A stretch of DNA of 42,589 nucleotides, taken from Candidatus Hydrogenedentota bacterium (GTDB lineage: Bacteria > Hydrogenedentota > Hydrogenedentia > Hydrogenedentales > SLHB01). Location of the stretch: positions 1 through 42,589 of the forward strand of contig BTVY01000053.1 of assembly GCA_045863335.1 (NCBI GenBank), written 5' to 3'. Made by a program: the position numbers and the translations under genes. Positions 9,094 through 17,167 of the stretch are shown here, one piece after another. The notes beneath the pieces are model-generated. The model saw nothing but the letters and a program-made list of their open reading frames with translations. It searched no databases and was not told the DNA's origin. How positions within the stretch are numbered: the stretch's first letter is position 1; every line of letters starts with the position of its first letter.

Positions 9094-10069
9094 CCCGACC
9101 TCCGATCTCGCGGGAATTCTGAAACAACTGCAAGAGGCACTAGGACAGCCCAAATCGGGACGCTTCGATGCGCTAGCCAAAATACCGCGAGACTTGGTCT
9201 ACGACGATCAGGACTTGAACGGGGTCCTCTACGGCGAAGCTGACGTCACGCTTTCCCCGGCAAGCATCTTCTCGGGCACGTCCGAACTGTTTCCCCACAA
9301 CGACGATGCAACGCCCTTGGACGTCGTCTCAAGGGGCGCTGACCTTCTGGATAGCGGCGTGCCGCTTTCGAACGGCGACTTGACGCGGCTGTGCAACTTC
9401 GCCCGGCGCTGCTTGCCCGTATGGCCGCATCCTCCTAAGGAACCCATTTCTCCCCGGGTTGGAGAATTGCTCGATCGGCTCCAAACGATCGCGGGCGAAC
9501 GCGCCAACGATGATCTCCGGCAGGAAGTATGCCAGGTACGTTGGGAGTACCACGAGTGGCGGGGCGAGTTTGACCTGGCCCGCGACGCGCTGGAAACGGT
9601 CATGCAAGTTTACATGCGCAGAAACGAAGAAACCCAATACGCGCGCGCGCTGAACAACTACGCCTACCAGTACCAGCGTGAAGGAAAATGGGCCGACGCC
9701 GCCCGGGAATACGAACGGGCCGCCACTATTTTCAAACGAGTTCGTAACGACATCGATTACTCGAACTCCCAACAGAACTACTGGGAATGCCGCTTCGAAA
9801 TGGACGGACTGAAAAGCGTGGAATTCATGAAACCAGAGGTTCAGCGCCTCGTCATGGCGATGCACAATCGCAAGGACTGGAGGCAACGCAAAGGATTTCT
9901 CATCCTGGCCAGGATTGCGGAATCAGAATCCAATCTTCCGGAAGCAATCAAGTTCGCCCAGTTGGCCGTGGCCGTCGACAAGGCGGCGAACACCATCTAC
10001 CTGGATCAGGATACCGCCTTCTTAGAGGCCCTCGAGAAGAAGCTGCAAAGCGACCCGTCACGAAACTGA
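9086..10069 (+). CDS. TPR-like alpha-helical repeat protein
   Basis: TPR-type segments ARALNNYAYQYQREGKWADAAREYERAATIF and LARIAESESNLPEAIKFAQLA; AAGGAG RBS; 8-nt overlap with the upstream stop. Confidence 0.75.
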   Translation: MTDPTSDLAGILKQLQEALGQPKSGRFDALAKIPRDLVYDDQDLNGVLYGEADVTLSPASIFSGTSELFPHNDDATPLDVVSRGADLLDSGVPLSNGDLTRLCNFARRCLPVWPHPPKEPISPRVGELLDRLQTIAGERANDDLRQEVCQVRWEYHEWRGEFDLARDALETVMQVYMRRNEETQYARALNNYAYQYQREGKWADAAREYERAATIFKRVRNDIDYSNSQQNYWECRFEMDGLKSVEFMKPEVQRLVMAMHNRKDWRQRKGFLILARIAESESNLPEAIKFAQLAVAVDKAANTIYLDQDTAFLEALEKKLQSDPSRN

Positions 10070-10091
10070 TCCGATGTCCGAGGAATCAGGC

Positions 10092-11027
10092 CTACCGGTC
10101 CGCGTGGCGGCGGTCGACGAACACGACACTCTTGCCGTTCGGCTTCGCCATCTGACGCGTTTGCGCCAGCACTTCAAACATTTTCTTGGCAGACTTGAAA
10201 TGGCGGTGCTGGGTATGCGCTACTCCGATAGACAGTGCCATCAACGGGTACCTGGCCTCTTTGCCTTTTCGGTCAGTGGCGACCACGAATCCTTGCTGCA
10301 TTTCTTTCGCGGTATAGAGCTGGCCGACGGTGCTGTCGAAGGTCTGCATGAGCGTGCTGCAGAAGCGCTCGTAGTCTCCCAGATTCACCATGACCACAAA
10401 ATGCTCTCCGCCGAGGTGGGCGACGAAACACTCGTAGAGTCCGATGTTGCGTACAAGCTTCACCAGCGTCTGCGACATGAACTCCAGCGCGCGTTTTTGG
10501 CCCTGTTGGCCGTACGCGGCGCAATAGGGTTTGAACCCAACGATGTCGATGTAACAAGCGGCGATGGCCATGCCGCGGGCGAGCTTGTGGTTGATCTCGC
10601 GTTTGATGGCTTCCGTGCCGGGGAGGTTCGTTGTGGGATTTCGCCGGTCAATGGATTCCTGAAGCGCGTTCAGCCCAGCAAGTTTCTCGATCAAGTGATC
10701 GAGTTTAAAAGGCTTGGCGAGGAAATCATCCGCGCCCTGTTCGAGTCCGTGCTGAACCTCGGGCTCCTCGCCGAGAGCCGTCAGAATCAGGATGCCGATC
10801 TTGTAGAGTTCCGGGTCCTTCCGAATGCGGCGGCAGATCTGGTATCCGGTCACCCCCGGAAGCATGATGTCGAGCACGGCCATCTCTGGCTTAAACTCCT
10901 TCGCCATCTCGAACGCGCCGTCGCCGGTATGGATCACGGCAACCTCGTGTCCTTCGTCCAGCAGCTTGGTACGCAGGAGCTCCGCCAAATCGACATCATC
11001 GTCCACTATCAAGATTTTGCTCATCAA
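10092..11027 (-). CDS. Response regulator receiver + degenerate GGDEF domain protein
   Basis: KILIVDDD, LDIMLP (phospho-Asp), ADDFLAKPF; then NPTTNLPG, YIDIVGFKPY and HLGGEHF in place of GG(D/E)EF. Confidence 0.88.
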   Translation of the reverse strand: MMSKILIVDDDVDLAELLRTKLLDEGHEVAVIHTGDGAFEMAKEFKPEMAVLDIMLPGVTGYQICRRIRKDPELYKIGILILTALGEEPEVQHGLEQGADDFLAKPFKLDHLIEKLAGLNALQESIDRRNPTTNLPGTEAIKREINHKLARGMAIAACYIDIVGFKPYCAAYGQQGQKRALEFMSQTLVKLVRNIGLYECFVAHLGGEHFVVMVNLGDYERFCSTLMQTFDSTVGQLYTAKEMQQGFVVATDRKGKEARYPLMALSIGVAHTQHRHFKSAKKMFEVLAQTRQMAKPNGKSVVFVDRRHADR

Positions 11028-11080
11028 ACATCCTTCCGTAATGTCCCCGGGGAACGCGGCCGAATCGGCAATGCGCCGCT

Positions 11081-11123
11081 ACCATTATCATAGGTAATGG
11101 TTAACGCCGGAAACATTATACCA
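11081..11123 (-). promoter_or_regulatory. Extended -10 (TGGTATAAT) plus a downstream 7-7-7 palindrome, upstream of the response regulator
   Basis: Minus strand TGgTATAAT at 11123-11115; ACCATTA-N7-TAATGGT at 11081-11101. Confidence 0.5.
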
Positions 11124-11165
11124 CAAACACTTACGAAGGACAGAGACCGGTGGGCCACAAAAACG

Positions 11166-11921
11166 TCAAACCCTGTCACTTTCCGCCCCCTCGTTAATAC
11201 CAGCGAGCGTATCCTCAGGTGGGGTCTCTTTTTCTTGGGCTTGTTCAACGGACTCAAATTGGGCTAAGAGTTTATGATACTGGTCGACGCCCCTTACAAC
11301 GGAAAGGCCGGGTAACGTCTCGCCCGTTGCTCGATTTGGCATGTACGCGGAAACGACGCCGACAATCGTCGTATGCTTGCTTATTTCGCTGTCGTCTAGC
11401 TCCATCCCATGCATGACGCTCCAAATTGCCGGGCCTCCACTTACTCCATTGATTGCCACGCCGTCAACTAAATACGCACTCTCTTCCTGAACCCAGGCGC
11501 TTATGCTACCGGAAAAGAAACACAAATTCGCGGACGGAATTGCTGGATAACCTAGCCACGCAATGGTGTTGCCGATCTTGAGATACTTGTCTTTCGGAGC
11601 CAGAGGTAGTGGCTCTGTCGGAAAAGGGATATCATTTCCATCTATCAGAATCGCAGCGGTATCTCGCTGAGAATCAAGAAAAACCGCCCTATCTGTGCTT
11701 TGAACCAGTATCGTTGTGTTTGAACTCTCATGCACAATCCTGATCGGCTCCAGCCAATCATGAGCGTGATCAATCACGTGTGCTGCGGTTGCAATGCCGC
11801 AAATTCGCTTGTCTGTATTGTTCGAGACAAGGAAACCTGTACCTGACCCATGGGGTGTGAAAATCCGAACAACATGCGGCTGAACCTGCTCTACAATCGA
11901 AGACCAACTCACCGATGCCAT
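11166..11921 (-). CDS. Trypsin-like serine protease (no signal peptide)
   Basis: GSGTGF, TAAHV (His), DTA (Asp), GYP, NGVSGGP (Ser); GAGGAGG RBS. Confidence 0.88.
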   Translation of the reverse strand: MASVSWSSIVEQVQPHVVRIFTPHGSGTGFLVSNNTDKRICGIATAAHVIDHAHDWLEPIRIVHESSNTTILVQSTDRAVFLDSQRDTAAILIDGNDIPFPTEPLPLAPKDKYLKIGNTIAWLGYPAIPSANLCFFSGSISAWVQEESAYLVDGVAINGVSGGPAIWSVMHGMELDDSEISKHTTIVGVVSAYMPNRATGETLPGLSVVRGVDQYHKLLAQFESVEQAQEKETPPEDTLAGINEGAESDRV

Positions 11922-11936
11922 TGAAGCTGCCTCCTC

Positions 11937-13013
11937 TTATTCTTCAGATTTGTCGTTCACCGGGCATTCCAGTTCTTCATTCGAACTCGACAGAAACAGC
12001 ACTGCGCTAGCAGTCATGTTAAGAACGTATTCAGCGACGTGCCTCGGAGCCGGATGACCTGGAGCCTCTTGACTGTGAGCGTGCGGATTTGTGAGTGTGG
12101 GAACGCCGCTTTCAAGCAGGGTTCTAAGTCCTGTCATTTGGCTTTGAAGCCCGGCTGGAATGAGGCCGTTCTTCAAACAAATGTCGATAAGCAGTTTCGC
12201 GGTGCCCCGTTTCTCGCTGAACTCCCAGTTTCGCTGACGGCATATAGCTTTCATGATGCTCTCGAAGCACTTTCGCGCCTCCACAAGAGAATCGCCATGC
12301 TCACCGTTCCGGTAGTGCCGGTGTGCCTTCAGAAAATGGGCGTTGGCACTGCCGAATTTTGAATCTGAGAGGACCATGAAAGCGGGCCGGACTATCTCGT
12401 TGTGTGCAAATTGAGAATCAACCCTCACGACCAAACCACTCTCGAACAGGTATCCTACTCCGCGTTGGCGGAAACACTGATTCAATTCTCGGATTGCAGT
12501 ATCCGCTCTTTTCGGTCCGTCAGCTTCGACTCGCCGAAGATCACCATCGATGAGCCGCAACGCCGCTTCGATCCCCCAGACTAGAATATCGATGTCGGAC
12601 TCGTTCAAGAGAAAGTGCCGAAGTTCCTCTCGCATGTTGACAGAGTCACCGTTACTCTTGGGGTCGCACAGATTAAACCTACCCAAAACGCGGCGGATTT
12701 CTTGCACTAGCTCCACCCACCATAAGCGAACTTCCGGGACCGGTGAATTTCGCTTTGCTCCGAAATGCGTTCCGCCGTAGACCCCACCCCCGAAACTGCC
12801 ACCGCCGACACCACTCGCTCCGAGCGGACTCGGTCCGAACACAGCCGGCCCAAACGCCATAGCTCCGGAAATATAGTTGCCTAACGCTGAATCTATGACA
12901 AGAAAAATCTGCACTCGGAGCTCTTTCGGAAGCTCATTGTAGACGTACACTTCAGGAAGGTCACCACGCTCTCGTCGCCGACGCAAATGATACGGTTCAT
13001 ACTCATCGGTCAC
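11937..13013 (-). CDS. Abortive-infection-like protein (STM4504/CBY_0614-like; AbiJ-type N-terminus + Abi_C/HEPN-like C-terminus)
   Basis: RRRERGDLPEVYVYNELPKELRVQI, AIRELNQCFRQRGVGY, DSQFAHNEIVRPA, KCFESIMKAIC, LESGVPT..H; GTG start at 13013 with GGAGGAG 7 nt upstream. Confidence 0.75.
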   Translation of the reverse strand: MTDEYEPYHLRRRRERGDLPEVYVYNELPKELRVQIFLVIDSALGNYISGAMAFGPAVFGPSPLGASGVGGGSFGGGVYGGTHFGAKRNSPVPEVRLWWVELVQEIRRVLGRFNLCDPKSNGDSVNMREELRHFLLNESDIDILVWGIEAALRLIDGDLRRVEADGPKRADTAIRELNQCFRQRGVGYLFESGLVVRVDSQFAHNEIVRPAFMVLSDSKFGSANAHFLKAHRHYRNGEHGDSLVEARKCFESIMKAICRQRNWEFSEKRGTAKLLIDICLKNGLIPAGLQSQMTGLRTLLESGVPTLTNPHAHSQEAPGHPAPRHVAEYVLNMTASAVLFLSSSNEELECPVNDKSEE

Positions 13014-13306
13014 ACGCACGCTCCTCCCAACACCCGATGAATTCTCTAATTGTTGGAGTAATGTTCTATAGAGTTGCAAACGGCCTTGGCATTAAGATTT
13101 CCACAACTCCCGCACCATAAAGACTAAGTGAATCGACCGTCGTTCCCGCGCTTACACCATTATCATAGTACATAAAGCGCCGAATCAGCAAGAAATGTCG
13201 CGCGCGCGAAGCTGGTCGCAATTCGGCAAGCGTTTGTAAAGTGTGAAGTTAGCGCCGCAACGGAGTTGGGGCGCGGTACGTTAGCTCCGGAATCCTGTCA
13301 ATTGAT

Positions 13307-13335
13307 TTGTCTTTGGCCACGTTACTCCCTATACT
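13307..13335 (+). promoter_or_regulatory. Sigma70-like promoter for the lipoprotein/TMTC operon
   Basis: TTGTCT-N17-TATACT about 60 nt upstream of ATG 13396. Confidence 0.5.
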
Positions 13336-13395
13336 ACAGGTTCACTGCCGCCACTTCGGCAGGCTCGGGTAGTTAGTGAGAAAGAGGAAGATGAC

Positions 13396-14013
13396 ATGAA
13401 ACGATTCGCCGTCTTGGCAATTCTTGTTTTGGTCGCCTTGAGCGCATGCAAGAAGGAACCGCCACCTCCACCACCTCCGCCTCCGCCCCCGCCTCCCACT
13501 GCGGAAGCCTTGGAGCGGCAAGTGATGGAGAAGGTCAATCCGCTGGTCAGCCCCGATCCCGCGAGCGGGAAGGAACTCCGCGAGACCTTGTCAAAAGAGG
13601 TCGCGAGTCTCAAGACGGAATTGAACGGAAGCAGCGCCCAGAACCGCATCACAAATAACTTCATCGACAAACTGAAGGAAGCCCACCAGAATGAGCAGTG
13701 GGACCTGGTGCTGAATCTTTGCGAAGCTGTGGACGTCCTGGATCCGGGCAATACCCGGACCCAACGATACCGCCAACGGGCGGTCGACGAGAAGAGCCGG
13801 CCCGTCGTTGCCATGAAAGGCATCATGGAAATCGAAGGGGTCACCAACGTCTTCCTGGATATCTATCTCCCAACGACGGGACAGACCGAACACGAGCAGG
13901 TACGCGAGGGCGAGGAGTTCCACGGATTGCTACTGGAACGCATTATCGGAAACAATCAGGGCGTCCGGCTGAAGTACAAGAAGACCGACACCACGTTCGA
14001 CGTGTATAAGTAG
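13396..14013 (+). CDS. Lipoprotein with poly-Pro linker; possible PilP/GspC-HR-like C-terminal beta domain
   Basis: Lipobox LSAC, 13 consecutive prolines, GAGG RBS; paralogous to the next gene. Confidence 0.75.
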   Translation: MKRFAVLAILVLVALSACKKEPPPPPPPPPPPPPTAEALERQVMEKVNPLVSPDPASGKELRETLSKEVASLKTELNGSSAQNRITNNFIDKLKEAHQNEQWDLVLNLCEAVDVLDPGNTRTQRYRQRAVDEKSRPVVAMKGIMEIEGVTNVFLDIYLPTTGQTEHEQVREGEEFHGLLLERIIGNNQGVRLKYKKTDTTFDVYK

Positions 14014-14048
14014 ATCCGGTGCGTCGGATGCCGGCGCGGGTTGACGCG

Positions 14049-14741
14049 ATGATGTGCAGATTCGCAGCGGACAAGTTCGCCTGGATGGCAGTGGCATTGC
14101 TCGTGGTCGGTTTGGGTTGCGAGGACAGTTCACTTCCCGCGCCGCCACCGTCGGCCGGCGACCCGGCGGTCACTGAAGAAGCGATAACGGCCGAAATCGA
14201 GAAGGGGCTCCAGCCGCTGTACGATTTCGTTCCGATCCTGACGCGGCAGACGCCGGTTCCGCCCGCATTCGCTCAGACCATGCGCGAACACTTGCGGCAG
14301 GCGAACGAGAAGTACCACGGCACGCCCGAAGGCAAGGAAGCGCTCCGCAATGCGGTGCGTCATCTCGAAGACGTGCTGGTGGTGGCGCGCGAAAAGCAGA
14401 ACGGCCTGGCCGTCCTGTTGATCTGTGAACTGATTCGCATCGTGGAGCCCAACAATTCCCGGGTCGCGCGGTACGAAGAGTGGGCGACCATCGAAAAGAA
14501 TCGTCCCGTCGTCATGTTGCGCGGCTGGTTTGTGGATGAGGAAAAGGATCCGCCCGTTATCAACGCATTTATCGAGGTCTTCCTCCCGGAAACCGGAGAA
14601 GTCGAACACTTGCGGGCGCGCGAAGGCGAGGAGTTTCTGGGCCTGAAGTTTCGGAAGATTTTGGGGAAGCGGCGCGGGATGCTGTTGGAGTACCTGAAGA
14701 CCGGTGATCTGTTTGAGGTATACCTTCGTTCATGGCCATGA
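14049..14741 (+). CDS. Lipoprotein, paralog of the upstream gene
   Basis: Lipobox-like GLGC; VFLPETGEVEHLRAREGEEFLGL aligns with IYLPTTGQTEHEQVREGEEFHGL; start codon uncertain. Confidence 0.7.
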   Translation: MMCRFAADKFAWMAVALLVVGLGCEDSSLPAPPPSAGDPAVTEEAITAEIEKGLQPLYDFVPILTRQTPVPPAFAQTMREHLRQANEKYHGTPEGKEALRNAVRHLEDVLVVAREKQNGLAVLLICELIRIVEPNNSRVARYEEWATIEKNRPVVMLRGWFVDEEKDPPVINAFIEVFLPETGEVEHLRAREGEEFLGLKFRKILGKRRGMLLEYLKTGDLFEVYLRSWP

Positions 14742-16435
14742 GTTCTGACGTGAAATATCGCTTGCTGGTGGCCCTGTGCATCGTGGCGGCTGCCTTCATC
14801 GCCTACGCAAATTCTTTCCACAATGGCTTTGTCTGGGACGACGCCTCGTCGGTATTGCTCCATGAAGATGTGAAGAATGCGCGCCTCGCCGATCTCTTCA
14901 CCAAAGACCAGCACGCCTATGGCCGGGGCCAGGGCAATTTCTACCGGCCGCTGGTCTCCTTGTCGTTTGCGATCGACTACGCGTTGACGACTCGCGGACA
15001 GCAACCGCCGCTCAACCAATTTGGCGTGCCGGATATCGGCACGTTCTATTTCCATTTCACCAACACTGCTTGGCACGCCCTCGCGGGAGTCTTTCTGTTC
15101 CTGATTCTCGCCCGGCTAGGCGCGCCGCGGTTGGTTCAGGTCTGCGTGCCGCTTCTTTACGTCGTACATCCGCTGCACACGGAGGCCGTCACGTACATCA
15201 GCGGACGCGCCGATCCCATGGCCGCCGCCTTTGGATTTGCCGGTTTGCTATTCGCGGTGCGTTCCACAGAGGGCGCGCGCAATCTGCTGAACGCCGCTGC
15301 CGGAACGCTCTGTTTCGCGCTGGCGTTGCTCTGCAAGGAATCGGCGCTCATTTTCCCGTTCCTTGTCTTGGTCATCCTTCTTCTAGTTCGCAAAGGGACC
15401 AGCGCTGAGAGTTCCGACGAGCCGCGCCGTTCGCCCATTTCTGTGCTGGCCGGGGCCGGATTGGTACTCGTCGTGTATGGCATGTTGCGGGCAACGGTCC
15501 TTCATTTCGCTTCGGACTCCACAACCGGCGACCGCGGGCTCGGAGCGCGGCTCCTGGAGACGCTTCAGGCCTTCGCGCTTTACGTGAAACTCATCTTCGT
15601 TCCCACGAACCTCCACATGGAACGAACCCTGAACGGTGTTGGCGCCTTGACCGCGATCGTGGGCGCCCTTTTGTTGATCGTCTGTCTTGGAGCGGGGTTC
15701 TGGGCATACCGGGTCGGCAGGCCGCGACTGGCCGCGGCGGTTTGCTGGTTTCTGCTTACCTGGATTCCCATCTCGGGGATCTTCCCCCTCAACGCGCCCA
15801 TGGCCGAACACTGGATGTACGTACCGCTCGCCGGTTTCCTGTGGGCGTTCTTCGAGATCCTTGCTCCGGGGCTTCAAGGCCGCGGACCTCGCACCGTCCT
15901 GGCGGCAGCGACCTACGCCGCCGCCCTCTGTCTCGTTGCCCTGACGGCATCCCGAAACCTGGACTGGCGCAGTGACGAAACGCTATACCGTGCCACATTG
16001 GAAAAGAACCCCGAGTCTATTCGCGTGACCTACAATCTCGCGGTAACCTACGAAGACCTGCTTGAGAACCTTCCTGGCGCGCGGCGGAACTACGAACGGG
16101 TTATCGCGCTCTACAAGGAGAAGAAGGCGGCCGAAGACAGCCCCGGCCCGGAACGGTTCTGGGATGACGAGCTGGAATCTCACCTCTCCCTGGGACGCAT
16201 CTTCATGGAACAGCAGCGATTCGATCGGGCCGCGCAGCACTTCGCCACGTTGTTGCAGGTTGGCCCAACCGAGTCTACGCGTCCGCTCCTTCACACCGCT
16301 GCCATGGGGATGGTGCAGAGCGCGCTCGCCATGGGCCGCACGGCAGAAGCAAAACAGATCGTCGAACAATTGCGGGACAAATTCCCCGAGATTTCGAACC
16401 AACTGAACTCGCTGGTGCAAGGGTTACCGGCGTGA
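14738..16435 (+). CDS. TMTC-like GT-C membrane glycosyltransferase with C-terminal TPRs
   Basis: FVWDD, FYRPL, VHPLHTEAVTYISGRAD, ALLCKE, AEHWMYVP, RNLDWRSDETLY, TPR tail; ATGA overlap with the upstream gene. Confidence 0.85.
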   Translation: MSSDVKYRLLVALCIVAAAFIAYANSFHNGFVWDDASSVLLHEDVKNARLADLFTKDQHAYGRGQGNFYRPLVSLSFAIDYALTTRGQQPPLNQFGVPDIGTFYFHFTNTAWHALAGVFLFLILARLGAPRLVQVCVPLLYVVHPLHTEAVTYISGRADPMAAAFGFAGLLFAVRSTEGARNLLNAAAGTLCFALALLCKESALIFPFLVLVILLLVRKGTSAESSDEPRRSPISVLAGAGLVLVVYGMLRATVLHFASDSTTGDRGLGARLLETLQAFALYVKLIFVPTNLHMERTLNGVGALTAIVGALLLIVCLGAGFWAYRVGRPRLAAAVCWFLLTWIPISGIFPLNAPMAEHWMYVPLAGFLWAFFEILAPGLQGRGPRTVLAAATYAAALCLVALTASRNLDWRSDETLYRATLEKNPESIRVTYNLAVTYEDLLENLPGARRNYERVIALYKEKKAAEDSPGPERFWDDELESHLSLGRIFMEQQRFDRAAQHFATLLQVGPTESTRPLLHTAAMGMVQSALAMGRTAEAKQIVEQLRDKFPEISNQLNSLVQGLPA

Positions 16436-16494
16436 TGGCCCGTATCGCCTCACGGGTTTCGCTCCACCACATACTTTGAGGAAAATCGCCGACC

Positions 16495-16911
16495 ATGTTG
16501 AAACAACGTCTCATTCATCCGGAGATCCTTGAAGCCATCGCCGCTGCGGGCCACGGATCTCGCATTCTCATTACAGACGGGAATTATCCGGCGAGCACGT
16601 GCCTGGGTGAGAACGCGTCGCTTATCTATTTGAACCTTGCCCCGGGTCTTGTGACGGTGACGGATGTATTGGGCATATTGCTCACGGCTGTGCCCGTCGA
16701 GGACGCGGCGGTCATGGAACCCGAGGACGGCCCGGAGCCGCAGATCTTCTCGGAGTTCCAGCGGATGCTGCCCGAGATTGAGCTAACGAGGTTTGGCCGG
16801 TTCGAGTTTTATGAAGAAGCCTCCGGCCCGGAAACCTGTCTGCAGGTCGTCACCGGAGAACAGCGCATTTACGCCAATCTCCTGCTGACGATTGGCGTGG
16901 TAATGCCATGA
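16495..16911 (+). CDS. RbsD/FucU family sugar mutarotase/pyranase
   Basis: MLK...HPEIL...GHG..ILITDGNYP, RFEFYEEA, TGEQRIYANLLLTIGVV. Confidence 0.88.
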   Translation: MLKQRLIHPEILEAIAAAGHGSRILITDGNYPASTCLGENASLIYLNLAPGLVTVTDVLGILLTAVPVEDAAVMEPEDGPEPQIFSEFQRMLPEIELTRFGRFEFYEEASGPETCLQVVTGEQRIYANLLLTIGVVMP

Positions 16912-17081
16912 GACGTGGTGCGTCTGATTCCGGCACACTTTTTGGGGCGATTTCGCAGAATTAGTAAGCCTGTGGGTGACTGTACCTTATCGCGTGTGAG
17001 CTTACCTTAGGTGACCGGAAAAGCTGAACTTGCGTCATTCTAGCGCCACCGTATGGGCGCTTTCTTTGGGGTAGGGTTTTC

Positions 17082-17110
17082 TTGACAGTCCCCATACCCC
17101 GTGTTAGAAT
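17082..17110 (+). promoter_or_regulatory. Near-consensus sigma70 promoter
   Basis: TTGACA (17082-87), N17, TAGAAT (17105-10), with extended TG. Confidence 0.75.
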
Positions 17111-17167
17111 GGCTGGACGAAAACAGCGGTTAACTCCAAGTTTCTACAATAGATGGAGGTGGTTTCG

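Noticed and set aside
10074-11093. 339-aa plus-strand ORF
   Set aside because: Antisense shadow of the receiver-GGDEF gene; no motifs
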